Source of the DNA: Bacteroidota bacterium
GTDB lineage: Bacteria; Bacteroidota; Bacteroidia; Chitinophagales; Chitinophagaceae
Assembly (NCBI GenBank): GCA_023437225.1
Contig: JAEZGS010000010.1
Location: 9,608-73,607 of the forward strand
Length of the DNA stretch: 64,000 bases
Reading direction: 5' to 3'
Part shown: in pieces, positions 18,086 to 27,995 of the stretch
How positions within the stretch are numbered: the stretch's first letter is position 1
Layout: each line of letters begins with the position of its first letter
Translations under genes and position numbers: made by a program
Notes under the pieces: model-generated
Told to the model about the DNA's origin: nothing
Database searches by the model: none
The model's input: the letters and a program-made list of their open reading frames with translations, nothing else

Positions 18086-20902
18086 TTACATTCCGGAACC
18101 TGCAGCTTTTGCCTCCGCCTCCGCCGCTGCTTCAGCCTCGGCTTTGTCTTCATCATCAACATCATCTTCTGTGCCTTTTAAAGCATCTGATTTTCTTCCG
18201 CGCCTGAACTTAACTACGGGCTTTTCCTGTGTCCCTGTTATGCTCAAAGGAATTCCAATCAGTCCAAAAGGCGGAAGTCCAAGTCTGCATTGTAAGTTGA
18301 CTTTTCCATCAAGGCTTACCTGACCTTCAAACCTCGGCCTGAAGCCACTTATGCGCAGCTTCGTTCTTTTAAGGGTCATGATGTTGTCTTCAATGGTTGT
18401 CTTAAGTTCAATCTTTGTCAGATCGGGACTTTCATTGAGATTCTGGCTCGTGCGTTTGTTTATTTCCGACAACATTTTGAATCCGTACAATTTTACCTTC
18501 TTCAGCGTAAGCACACCACCGCCTTTTAAAGAAGGGAGTACAGGATACATCTGATCGTCAAGCCTTCCACTTAATTGATAATTGAGAGACACGATTCCTT
18601 TTACGTTTGCCGCCGAAGGTGCCATCGCTTTGAAAAATTCAATTTGTTGGAATGCTTTGCTCACATCGAATTCTTCTGCGCTGATCGTAGCAGTAAACTG
18701 CACGTTCTTTACGTCCACGGGCGAATAACTTCCGGTGAAGTTAAATGGTGCACCAACCATCTCGAACGCCGCTTTTTTTATATTGAGTGTTCCAGCTTTC
18801 ACTGCAACTACGGAATTGCAATTTGTTAGCTGAATACCTTTGTAATTTATTCGATCCACTCCTCCAGCCAGCTCCAGGTCAAGGTTTGCAGGTATGGGCA
18901 CAATGCCTGTGACAGAAGTGGTGTCGTTTGAGCGTGGGCTTTCACTGGTTGAGGAAGAACCCATCAATTCAGCAAGATCGACCTGGTCTGCTTTGACCGC
19001 AAACCTTCCCTTTAATGGAGCATTATCCTGCATTATGTAATTGATGATGTTGGACAAATGACCGTCCATGGTAAGATGACTGCTTCCGTATGTACACCGG
19101 ATCTTGTCTGCCCGCATCTTATCGTCCTGGAAAGAAAATATCCCGTCCTGAATGGTCAGCGGATGCGGGTAATCGTTGCTTCGAACGTTGATCTGGTGTA
19201 ATTCTAAAGTTCCCTGGTGATGAAGCTGATCATAGCGACCCGCATCGATATCTTCCTGCGATCCTTTTAGCTGCAAGTTAGCAGCGATGCTGCCATCAAT
19301 GTTGAGTCCTTCAATGCCGAACACTTTCGAGATCTTTCCCACATCGAAAACCCCTTTGGAACTAACGTTGTATTGCAAGTTATCGAGATTGCCAATCTCA
19401 CTGTTTATGACGAAAGGTTTTCCTTCAAAAATAAATGCGATGGGTGTTGACGCGAAAGTAAAATCTTTATTTGTTCCAGTCGCGTTCTTTAATGTTACAT
19501 GCAATTGAAGCTGGCTGATCGGATTTGGATAATAGCTGGTTTTAATGAAACCATTCTTAAGATCAACGCTGGCAAAGGTTACAGGGAGTTTGCCGGCCGC
19601 TCGATCGATAGTTCCGTGGAATGCCGCTTTCATATTCAGCATACCACGGAGCTCTGCAACGCCTTCTGTCGACAACGATCGCGTCCATTCCGCCAGGTCT
19701 GCTGAGGCAGACAAATTTCCTTTCAAAAAAGGCGTATTCATGCCCTTCCATTCAAGGGATCCTGCGATGAACTGTTTGTCAAGCGTTGCATGAATGGTAT
19801 CCACTTTCAGGTGCAGGCGATCCGGCGAGAGGGATGGAAGCTGACAGGATAGCTGCAGCAAAATGTTTTTTACGGGTGTTTTCGTTTGTTGCGAGGCGAC
19901 GCTTGCATTACTTACGTTTAAATTGACGTTAAGGTCCGGAGCAACATTTTCCGAAGCCACATATTTACCCTTCAATTGCGCCGACAGCTTGACGTCTCCC
20001 TTAACGCTGGTTGTGTTCAGCCATTGAACCGCGGCCGGTGGTAAGGCGGTGAAAAGCTGTTTGAACGTGGCTTTGCGAGTGGCAAGGTCGAAATCCATAT
20101 AATAACCGTTGGAAAGAAAATCGAATCTTCCCTTGAAGCGAACAGGCAGTTCATTAATGCGGACATTGTTCTTTTCGAACACCAGTTGAAGCGAACCTGT
20201 ATTCACTTTGGTAATAAGCCGTGCGCGTAATTGTTTATTGATGATATAATCTTCATTATCGAAGGACAACGAGACGTCCTTCATTTGGATTCTTGATTTA
20301 AGATCGAATACCAACTTGTTGAGATCGCCTTTTCCAGTATAGTCCAGTTGCGATGAAGTGATTTTGATTGGTATGGAGGCATCGTCATATACCAGTGAAC
20401 AATTCTCTATCTGTATCTTTTCCAGTTTCAGAGATGTGCTTGAAGTGTCGGTAATATTTTCTTTTGTGGTTCCTTTTGGTGTGGTTGCGGAATAAACATT
20501 ATAATTAGGACTTCCGGTCTTATCAACCATCACATTGATCCTGCCGTCTGTAAGATAGATCTCATTTATTTTGACGGAGCTTCCTAAAAGGCTGAGAAGG
20601 TTTACACCAAGCGATACTTTTTTTGCGGCGATCAATGTATCCTTTTCAAAAGGGGCAGAACCCTTTAGGGTGACATCTTGCAAAGTCAGTGATAATGAAG
20701 GAAAATGCTCGAAGAAAGACAGGTGTATGCGCGAAAAGGCAAGCTCGGTTTCGATGCTCTTGTTCGCCCAGTTTCTTACCTGCTTTGAAATGTGATCAGG
20801 AAACAGGTAGGGTAGTGATAACAGGATGCCAAACAGTATGAACAGGGTGATAAGGATGAATTTCAACAGTTTAAGGGGGATGCGCACGAGCCGGATAAAC
20901 AT
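18086..20902 (-). CDS. AsmA-family / AsmA-like C-terminal-domain envelope protein
   Basis: 938 aa with a single N-terminal TM anchor, a long beta-rich body and an acidic Ala/Glu tail (DDEDKAEAEAAAEAEAKAAG). The architecture is typical of AsmA-like proteins. Confidence 0.65.
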   Translation of the reverse strand: MFIRLVRIPLKLLKFILITLFILFGILLSLPYLFPDHISKQVRNWANKSIETELAFSRIHLSFFEHFPSLSLTLQDVTLKGSAPFEKDTLIAAKKVSLGVNLLSLLGSSVKINEIYLTDGRINVMVDKTGSPNYNVYSATTPKGTTKENITDTSSTSLKLEKIQIENCSLVYDDASIPIKITSSQLDYTGKGDLNKLVFDLKSRIQMKDVSLSFDNEDYIINKQLRARLITKVNTGSLQLVFEKNNVRINELPVRFKGRFDFLSNGYYMDFDLATRKATFKQLFTALPPAAVQWLNTTSVKGDVKLSAQLKGKYVASENVAPDLNVNLNVSNASVASQQTKTPVKNILLQLSCQLPSLSPDRLHLKVDTIHATLDKQFIAGSLEWKGMNTPFLKGNLSASADLAEWTRSLSTEGVAELRGMLNMKAAFHGTIDRAAGKLPVTFASVDLKNGFIKTSYYPNPISQLQLHVTLKNATGTNKDFTFASTPIAFIFEGKPFVINSEIGNLDNLQYNVSSKGVFDVGKISKVFGIEGLNIDGSIAANLQLKGSQEDIDAGRYDQLHHQGTLELHQINVRSNDYPHPLTIQDGIFSFQDDKMRADKIRCTYGSSHLTMDGHLSNIINYIMQDNAPLKGRFAVKADQVDLAELMGSSSTSESPRSNDTTSVTGIVPIPANLDLELAGGVDRINYKGIQLTNCNSVVAVKAGTLNIKKAAFEMVGAPFNFTGSYSPVDVKNVQFTATISAEEFDVSKAFQQIEFFKAMAPSAANVKGIVSLNYQLSGRLDDQMYPVLPSLKGGGVLTLKKVKLYGFKMLSEINKRTSQNLNESPDLTKIELKTTIEDNIMTLKRTKLRISGFRPRFEGQVSLDGKVNLQCRLGLPPFGLIGIPLSITGTQEKPVVKFRRGRKSDALKGTEDDVDDEDKAEAEAAAEAEAKAAGSGM

Positions 20903-21023
20903 GATTCTGCATTAAGTGTGGGGAAACGCTGCAAGATAAGACAAATCGGCGCTGATGGAGCGGCAAGTGGTCACACCATTTAAAAAGCTAAAGGAATATA
21001 TTTACGCAAATATTTTTACCCGG

Positions 21024-21920
21024 ATGAGGAAGCTTTTAGCATTCGTAGTTCTTGTTTGCCTGGTGTCAGCCCAGGTTTTTGCACAGTCTAAAACTTATGT
21101 GTTTGCAACTTATACGTATTCCACCAACAATCGTTTGCAGAATCTCGAGCCTCTGGTTGCCCATTTATCGGACAAAGTCGGAATCACGATCAAAGCGGTA
21201 AGTTATCCAACAGTGCAATCGCTCATTGAGGCTCTTGAGAAAGACAGCGTTGATTTCGCTATGATGAACACAAGCGGCTACCTGGTGCTGAACCGAAATC
21301 ACCCTGGAATTGTAAACCCGCTAGTGAACTTTGACCTTGGAGAGTCTGCATCTACAAATTACGGTGGATGTTTGATTGCCAACAAAAAGACCGGTATCAG
21401 GTCCATATCAGAACTGAAGCAAAGAAATCGCAAGCCGTCGCTGTCGCTGGTTGGCCGTTCCTCAACTTCTGGAAACCTTGTACCCCGACTGCTGTTGAAC
21501 GCGAAAGAGATTGAAAATCCTGAGGCGATTTTATTGGTGAATTATTCCGGAACTCATAAGAAAGTAGTGGAAGATGTGCTAAGTGGAAGGGCTGATGTTG
21601 GCGGCTGCGGATGTGCTGAAATTGATAGCGCCCGAAAATATATGTCGTTCGATGAAAAGGCGGTGGTGATCGATTCGTTCAACGACATACCGCTTGGTCC
21701 CATCGTTTACAATAAGAACATTGATCCAGGCATAATTCAATTGATGGCGGAGCAGTTAACGCACCTGCATAATGAAAATTTCGCATTGCTTACCCGGTTT
21801 TCAGAAGGTTGGACAGAATTCAGAGGCGCCAAACGATTTAAAAAGGTTTCGGACAAAGAATACGACGATTTTCGAAATATGTTCGGGAACAATGAAGGTC
21901 TTTGGAAACTGATAGATTAA
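21024..21920 (+). CDS. PhnD-like (phosphate/phosphonate-type) periplasmic substrate-binding protein, orphan
   Basis: Start moved to ATG 21024 (MRKLLAFVVLVCLVSAQVFAQ signal). SBP type-2 pattern with YVFATYTYS and GCGCAEIDSA, as in PhnD-family proteins. Confidence 0.6.
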   Translation: MRKLLAFVVLVCLVSAQVFAQSKTYVFATYTYSTNNRLQNLEPLVAHLSDKVGITIKAVSYPTVQSLIEALEKDSVDFAMMNTSGYLVLNRNHPGIVNPLVNFDLGESASTNYGGCLIANKKTGIRSISELKQRNRKPSLSLVGRSSTSGNLVPRLLLNAKEIENPEAILLVNYSGTHKKVVEDVLSGRADVGGCGCAEIDSARKYMSFDEKAVVIDSFNDIPLGPIVYNKNIDPGIIQLMAEQLTHLHNENFALLTRFSEGWTEFRGAKRFKKVSDKEYDDFRNMFGNNEGLWKLID

Positions 21921-21941
21921 ACTCACAAATAACTTGTATCA

Positions 21942-22292
21942 ATGAATAATACAAGAGTATTCAAAATGTCTTTCGCCAGTGTATATCCGCATTACATTAA
22001 TAAAGTGGAGAAGAAAGGTCGCACCAGGGATGAACTTCATGAGGTTATTTACTGGCTAACCGGGTATGATGAAGGATCTCTTCAGTTGCAAATTGACAAT
22101 AAAACGGACTTTGAAACTTTCTTCGCCGAAGCCCCGCGGATCAATCCAAATGCAAGCAAGATCACTGGAGTGATCTGTGGCTGCCGTGTCGAAGAGATCG
22201 AGGATCAACTCATGCAAAAGATCCGGTATCTCGACAAATTAGTAGATGAGTTGGCAAAAGGGAGGTCAATGGAAAAAATCCTTCGAACCTAA
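21942..22292 (+). CDS. DUF2200-family protein
   Basis: 116 aa. [35 protein letters not shown] matches DUF2200 as I remember it. Confidence 0.65.
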   Translation: MNNTRVFKMSFASVYPHYINKVEKKGRTRDELHEVIYWLTGYDEGSLQLQIDNKTDFETFFAEAPRINPNASKITGVICGCRVEEIEDQLMQKIRYLDKLVDELAKGRSMEKILRT

Positions 22293-22398
22293 AGCAAATA
22301 GGTTTTACACACATTGGCTTTTGATCTGGACTTCGGGAAATAACGTGCTTTTCTTAACTTCAGTTAAGAGCTATTATAAACCGGATAAAAATAACTGG

Positions 22399-22938
22399 AT
22401 GAAAGTGATAAGAAAGTTCCAAATGATTATTCTGGCCATGGTTATTATGGGCATATCTTCTTGTCAAACAATCCCTGACGGCGCTGAGGCAGTTCAGCCT
22501 TTTAATAAAGAAAAATACCTTGGCAAGTGGTATGAGATAGCGAGGCTTGACTTCAAGCAGGAACGCAATCTTGATAATACTTCAGCAACATACTCTTTAA
22601 ATGAAGATGGAACAATAAAAGTTGATAACCGGGGCTACAACACCAAGGAGAACAAGTGGACCCAGGCTATTGGCAAAGCGAAGTTTGTAAAAGATGAAGA
22701 CATCGCCATGTTGAAAGTTTCTTTTTTCGGACCATTTTATTCCGGTTATAATGTCATCGCTATCGATGACAATTATAAGTATGCGTTGGTTGCCGGTGAA
22801 AGTCTGAAGTATTTATGGTTCTTATCCCGTGAGACTACCATGCCGGATGATGTGAAAAATAAATTTCTCAAGATCGCTGAAAGCATCGGCTATCATACAT
22901 CAGACCTGATCTGGGTGCAACATGACAGGCAGCAGTAA
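22399..22938 (+). CDS. outer-membrane lipocalin (Blc-like)
   Basis: Start moved to ATG 22399 (MKVIRKFQMIILAMVIMGISSCQ lipobox). Lipocalin signature GKWYEIARLD. Confidence 0.8.
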   Translation: MKVIRKFQMIILAMVIMGISSCQTIPDGAEAVQPFNKEKYLGKWYEIARLDFKQERNLDNTSATYSLNEDGTIKVDNRGYNTKENKWTQAIGKAKFVKDEDIAMLKVSFFGPFYSGYNVIAIDDNYKYALVAGESLKYLWFLSRETTMPDDVKNKFLKIAESIGYHTSDLIWVQHDRQQ

Positions 22939-22954
22939 TGGGCTTGCACCGCGA

Positions 22955-22987
22955 TTTGGCTACAACAAAAGCTGATTTGACTACAAC
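22955..22987. promoter_or_regulatory. 12-bp direct repeat (TTTGGCTACAAC / TTTGACTACAAC) with 21-bp period, candidate operator
   Basis: Read directly at 22955-22966 and 22976-22987, 49-81 nt upstream of the SDR start. An AraC-family regulator gene follows the SDR. Confidence 0.3.
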
Positions 22988-23035
22988 GATGAATTCGATT
23001 CTGTTCACCTTTGTTGAAACAAATAAATTCATACA

Positions 23036-23800
23036 ATGAGTTCATTAAAAAGAATCGCGTTGATCACAGGTGGTAGCCGTGGCCTGGGAAAAAATATGGC
23101 ATTAGCAATTGCCAGGAAAGGTATCGATGTGGTGTTAACGTACAATTCGAATAAAGAAGCAGCCGACGCGGTGGTTGCACAAATCAAAGACGTCGGGCAA
23201 GATTCCGTAGCGTTCCAATTAGACACCGCTAACGTCACTCAATTCGGCTCATTTATTAATCAGCTTACAGAACATTTGCAAGAAAACTACGGCACTGCAA
23301 GATTGGATTTTCTCATCAATAATGCAGGTACAGCATTGTATGTGCCGGTTCCGGATGTAACAGAAGTACAACTGGATGAGATCTTCAACATTCATTTCAA
23401 AGGCGTGTTTTTCTTAACACAAAAAGCTTTGCCGTTGATCAATGATGGCGGTGCTATAATCAATGTTTCATCAGGACTTACAAGGATAACCCTGATAGGT
23501 TCATCGGTGTACGCTTCGGCAAAGTCGGCAGTTGAAACGTTTACGCGCTACCTGGCAAAAGAACTTGGTCCGCGAAAGATCCGCGCCAATGTCATTGCTC
23601 CAGGTGCGATTGAAACGGATTTTGGGGGCGGACGAACCCGGGATAATAAAGAAATAAACAACCAGATCGCTGGTCTTACGTCACTTGGAAGGGTCGGTCT
23701 TCCTGACGATATTGGCGGCGTGGTAGCGTTTTTATGTACAGAAGATGCTTATTGGATCAACGGTCAGCGTATAGAAGTTTCCGGCGGACAGGCAATTTAA
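23036..23800 (+). CDS. SDR-family oxidoreductase
   Basis: 254 aa. TGGSRGLGK cofactor motif, NNAG, and catalytic YASAK. Confidence 0.9.
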   Translation: MSSLKRIALITGGSRGLGKNMALAIARKGIDVVLTYNSNKEAADAVVAQIKDVGQDSVAFQLDTANVTQFGSFINQLTEHLQENYGTARLDFLINNAGTALYVPVPDVTEVQLDEIFNIHFKGVFFLTQKALPLINDGGAIINVSSGLTRITLIGSSVYASAKSAVETFTRYLAKELGPRKIRANVIAPGAIETDFGGGRTRDNKEINNQIAGLTSLGRVGLPDDIGGVVAFLCTEDAYWINGQRIEVSGGQAI

Positions 23801-23813
23801 ATACACACAAGAC

Positions 23814-24722
23814 ATGAACCAGCAACACATACACCTGCGGTCTATCAGTGATTTTCACCAGGTGCGGCGGTTGGCTGCGCCTGAACATCCGCTCATCAGC
23901 GTGGTTAACGTGGCAGAGCTTTCGTATCCGGAAGAGACAACGAATTCGAAGATCATAATGGACTTCTATGTGATTTCATTGAAGCGAAATTGTGGCAAGA
24001 TTCGCTATGGACAACAGCTCTACGATTTTGATGAAGGCGTTATGTATTTTATTGCGCCTGGCCAGGTGTTCAGTATAGAGCACAACCCCAACGAACCAAA
24101 ACAAACAGGCACAATGCTTCTTGTGCACCCAGACTTTTTATGGAATACGCCGCTGGCAAGGACAATTAAGCAGTACGAGTACTTTAGCTATGCTGTAAAT
24201 GAAGCTTTATTCCTATCTGAAAAAGAAGAAGCAATCATCATCAGCATAATGCAAAACATTAAGCAGGAGTATCATTCAAATGTTGACAAGTACAGTCAAA
24301 ACATTATTGTATCTCAGATCGAAACCCTGCTTAATTACTCGGATCGATTCTATCAGCGGCAGTTCATAACAAGGAAGATCACCAATCACCAGATCCTCGA
24401 TCGCCTGGAAAAAATCCTTTCAGATTATTTTTCCAGCGACGATGCAACAAAGGGGTTGCCGTCTGTCCAATATATAGCCGATATGCTTAATGTTTCGGCT
24501 GGCTACCTGAGTAGTTTGTTGAAAGTTTTGACAGGTCAAACCACACAACAACTTATTCATGAGAAACTCATCGAGAAAGCAAAAGAAAAGCTGTCTACCA
24601 CTGACCTTAGCGTAAGCGAGATTGCATACGAACTCGGCTTTGAACATCCTCAATCGTTCAGCAAACTTTTCAAAGTGAAAACCAGGCTGTCGCCTCTCGA
24701 GTTCAGGCAATCGTTCAGTTAA
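23814..24722 (+). CDS. AraC-family transcriptional regulator
   Basis: 302 aa with an N-terminal cupin-like sensor half and a C-terminal double HTH (SVSEIAYELGFEHPQSFSKLFKVKTRLSPLEFR). Confidence 0.85.
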   Translation: MNQQHIHLRSISDFHQVRRLAAPEHPLISVVNVAELSYPEETTNSKIIMDFYVISLKRNCGKIRYGQQLYDFDEGVMYFIAPGQVFSIEHNPNEPKQTGTMLLVHPDFLWNTPLARTIKQYEYFSYAVNEALFLSEKEEAIIISIMQNIKQEYHSNVDKYSQNIIVSQIETLLNYSDRFYQRQFITRKITNHQILDRLEKILSDYFSSDDATKGLPSVQYIADMLNVSAGYLSSLLKVLTGQTTQQLIHEKLIEKAKEKLSTTDLSVSEIAYELGFEHPQSFSKLFKVKTRLSPLEFRQSFS

Positions 24723-24769
24723 TGTTTGAAGTGAATAAACAAAACGAATGACTGTATCAGGGTGTGATA

Positions 24770-26068
24770 TTATTTCGCTTTTTGTTTGAGGATCTCAATT
24801 GCCTTGTTCAAGACATTGTCTTTCTGGTTGCAAAACGCTTCGGCATCCTCAGGAACAAGAATATCCGGTTCAATGCCCACGCCAACGAACTCTTTGCCGT
24901 TTGGATACGTGTCTTTTCTTACGCAAATGCGTAGGGTGCCGCCGCCGGGTAATGATGAAAGCATAGGCTGTCCTGTACTTCCGCCAGTTGGTTGACCAAT
25001 TAGTGTTCCTCTCTTGACATAATCAAAAGGCATTGCAAAGTCTTCAGCGGCCGACCCTGTTTCTTTGCTGATCAATACCGCAATTGGTCCGTTGTAGGTC
25101 TTTCGATCCGTGAACGGCTGGTTAGGTGAAGAGGCCAGGGTATAATAAGCCGTTCCTCCCATGCCCCAAACTTTGAGGAGAGGGTTATGCTGAAGGGCAC
25201 TTATCATAGGGTCAGGAAAAGGAGCTGAAACAAAATGTTTCATCATGTAGATACCCTGGGACCCATCGCCACCCCTATTTGAACGAAGATCGATGATCAG
25301 GCCAGTTGCCTTCATAATGTCAGGATATATCTGATCAAATTTTTCGTTGAAGTTGGAAGATGAGAAGCTCGTTATCGTTAACAGGCCGATGTTGTTTTCA
25401 AGCATTTTGAATGAAACGGCTTCAGGTTCTTTAATTGTAAGTTTTCGCGATACCTCATAATCTGAGACTTTTCCTTTTCTGTCGCGCAAAGTCAACTTAA
25501 GTGCTTCATCCACTTTTCCATTCAATAAGTATGCATTGTATACCAGGAAATTCAAGCCCTGTGGAGTTGATGCTCCTTCATAGGGCAAGAGGTTTTCACG
25601 TACATATTGATGAACATCGATCCCACCTACTTTCAAGATCTCCATTCCTGGTTCGAGCCCTTTGCTGTTTAGTGTGTCATTAAGCAGCCGGGTAATAAAT
25701 ACCCTGCCGTCGATAAGATCCGTACGGATCGCAGTATATGCAAACTGGTCCTGGTAAAATGAAGAAGGATACCAAACGCTCGTGTGTCCATCCTGGAGAT
25801 GAGCAATGAATTTTCTCAATACATCATAATAGGACCTTACGTCCTTTGTTTCTAAAGCAGATGGGATTGTTGCCTGGTAAAGGCTGTCCCAGTTCCATTT
25901 GACTTTATTAATGTAAACGAAGTTATATTTCGCTTCAGACCAAACCTTAGATAAGCCATACAGCTTCTGTGCGTCTGTCAACGTAGTGGCCGCACCTGAT
26001 TGCGCAGAACTGTTCAGCGAAATGAAAATCATAGCTACATAGAGTAGGATGTTGCGGGGCAGGGGCAT
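24770..26068 (-). CDS. S41-family peptidase
   Basis: 432 aa with a signal peptide. IIDLRSNRGGDG and the Ser-region SKETGSAAEDFA are typical of S41. Confidence 0.8.
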   Translation of the reverse strand: MPLPRNILLYVAMIFISLNSSAQSGAATTLTDAQKLYGLSKVWSEAKYNFVYINKVKWNWDSLYQATIPSALETKDVRSYYDVLRKFIAHLQDGHTSVWYPSSFYQDQFAYTAIRTDLIDGRVFITRLLNDTLNSKGLEPGMEILKVGGIDVHQYVRENLLPYEGASTPQGLNFLVYNAYLLNGKVDEALKLTLRDRKGKVSDYEVSRKLTIKEPEAVSFKMLENNIGLLTITSFSSSNFNEKFDQIYPDIMKATGLIIDLRSNRGGDGSQGIYMMKHFVSAPFPDPMISALQHNPLLKVWGMGGTAYYTLASSPNQPFTDRKTYNGPIAVLISKETGSAAEDFAMPFDYVKRGTLIGQPTGGSTGQPMLSSLPGGGTLRICVRKDTYPNGKEFVGVGIEPDILVPEDAEAFCNQKDNVLNKAIEILKQKAK

Positions 26069-26233
26069 ACATAAGAATTTGAAACTAAATATAAGTGGTT
26101 CCTCGGATTCTATATATTTTTCAATTAATTTGATCTTTCGCGAGAACGAATAAGTGATACGAATTCAAAACACCATTGCCGATGAGTACTTGAACGACTA
26201 ACTATATCACTAACATTCACCAACAATTGATGT

Positions 26234-26812
26234 ATGAACCCGGACGTTGACTGGTTTTTTTCTAAGCCAACGAAGTGGCAACAGGAATATGAACTATTGC
26301 GAACAATCGTGTTGCAATGCAAATTAAATGAAGAGCTCAAATGGGGTTGTCCATGTTACACGTATGACGGTAGGAATGTGGTTTTGGTCCACGGGTTCAA
26401 AGATTACTGCGCGCTGCTTTTCATGAAAGGGGTACTACTAAGCGACTCAAAAAAAATCCTGGTGCAACAAACCCCTAATGTACAGGCCGCAAGACAATTA
26501 CGATTCAAAGGTCTGGCCGAGATAAAGAATCTTAAGGCAACGATAGTAGAATATGTGAAAGAAGCAATACAGGTCGAAAAGCAGGGTCTGACCGCGCCGT
26601 TGAAGAATACTGAGGAGTATGAAATGCCACACGAATTTGGAACGCTGCTTACGGAGATGCCAGAACTGAAGGCTGCATTCGAAAAGCTTACCCCCGGAAG
26701 ACAGCGAGGATATCTTCTTTATTTTACTTCCGCCAAACAAGCGAAAACCCGGGAATCACGGATAGAAAAATGCGTCGATAAGATTCTTGAAGGAAAAGGA
26801 TTGGATGATTAG
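26234..26812 (+). CDS. YdeI/OmpD-associated (DUF1801-containing) family protein
   Basis: 192 aa with an N-terminal DUF1801-like block (LKWGCPCYTY..VVLVHGFKDYCALLF). The C-terminal PGRQRGYLLYFTSAKQAKTRESRIEK is typical of YdeI. Confidence 0.7.
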   Translation: MNPDVDWFFSKPTKWQQEYELLRTIVLQCKLNEELKWGCPCYTYDGRNVVLVHGFKDYCALLFMKGVLLSDSKKILVQQTPNVQAARQLRFKGLAEIKNLKATIVEYVKEAIQVEKQGLTAPLKNTEEYEMPHEFGTLLTEMPELKAAFEKLTPGRQRGYLLYFTSAKQAKTRESRIEKCVDKILEGKGLDD

Positions 26813-26841
26813 TGTTGAACCGCGCATCATGTGAGAAAACC

Positions 26842-27528
26842 ATGTTAGGCATCCTCATAGAAATTATTGTTTCCTGGTTGATTCTTTGGATCTTTTGCCG
26901 AAGCTCAATATTTGTATTGGGTATTCAACCAACACGTAGTCGGCTTGTTGATTTCCTGGTAGGATTTTTTATTGCGGCGCTTTGTTGTGCAGTCTATTTT
27001 TCATCTTTTACTTTTCTCGCAAATCACAGATGGGCCGTCAACAAAGAATACACATCTTCTAAATTTGTTTCCGGGGTGTTTTGGACATTGAAGTCGGTAC
27101 TGTATGAAGAATTATTATTTCGCGGAGCACTTTTGTATATTCTGATTAAAAAGGCCGGTGCAAAGACAGCCTGCATTATTTCGGCCATATGCTTTGGTGT
27201 ATATCACTGGTTTTCGATGGATGCATTTGGTAATCCTATGCAGATGGTTTTCATATTTGTACTTACGTCTGTTTGGGGATTTATGTTTGCAGCTGCATTT
27301 GTGAAGACGCGATCCATGTACTTGCCTATTGCCCTGCATTTTGGATGGAATCTGATTCAGACAGTTGTTTTCTCTCAAGGTCCTATTGGCAAACAACTTC
27401 TTGTTGGTAGCGGCGGTGAACAATTAGGAGTGCTTTTGTCTATCGTTGTTTTTTTGTTCCAGTTGCTTGCAGTTCCGTTTTTAATTTATTTATACATACG
27501 TAAACAAATAATTTACCCCAAAAACTGA
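26842..27528 (+). CDS. CPBP-family intramembrane glutamic endopeptidase (CAAX protease-like)
   Basis: The track starts at GTG 26812; I prefer ATG 26842. Motifs EELLFRGAL, FGVYHW and HFGWN. Confidence 0.75.
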   Translation: MLGILIEIIVSWLILWIFCRSSIFVLGIQPTRSRLVDFLVGFFIAALCCAVYFSSFTFLANHRWAVNKEYTSSKFVSGVFWTLKSVLYEELLFRGALLYILIKKAGAKTACIISAICFGVYHWFSMDAFGNPMQMVFIFVLTSVWGFMFAAAFVKTRSMYLPIALHFGWNLIQTVVFSQGPIGKQLLVGSGGEQLGVLLSIVVFLFQLLAVPFLIYLYIRKQIIYPKN

Positions 27529-27562
27529 ACTGTTTGAATTTAAGAACCTTAACTTAAAAAAT

Positions 27563-27913
27563 ATGCAATTCAAATCACTTGCTCCCTTTGTTCCTTCGGG
27601 CAAAAGCATGGAGAGATCAAAAGAACTTTTTCTCGAACTTGGATTCGAGATCACTTACGATGGAGGCGATTTAATAGTCTTTCAAAAAGACGCATGCCGG
27701 TTTTTTCTTCAGAAATATGATCAAAAGGACTTCGCGGAAAATCTTATGATCGATGTGCGGGTCGACAATGTGCAGGAGTTATATGAAAGCGTTGTTTCAA
27801 GAGGCCTTGAACAGAAGTATGGTATTCGGATTACCAAACCAAAGCAGCAGTTTTACGGCATCGAAGTTAACATGATCGACATCGCCGGTGTTTGCTGGCA
27901 TTTTATTCAATGA
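27563..27913 (+). CDS. small VOC/glyoxalase-bleomycin-resistance-like protein
   Basis: 116 aa with a beta-alpha-beta-beta-beta module pattern. No catalytic motif confirmed. Confidence 0.5.
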   Translation: MQFKSLAPFVPSGKSMERSKELFLELGFEITYDGGDLIVFQKDACRFFLQKYDQKDFAENLMIDVRVDNVQELYESVVSRGLEQKYGIRITKPKQQFYGIEVNMIDIAGVCWHFIQ

Positions 27914-27995
27914 GCCGCTTAAGTCCATATTCTCCATATTTTAATGTCCAGTAATATTCTGAGCGATTAATTTTATTGTAACCTCTATAGCTTCA

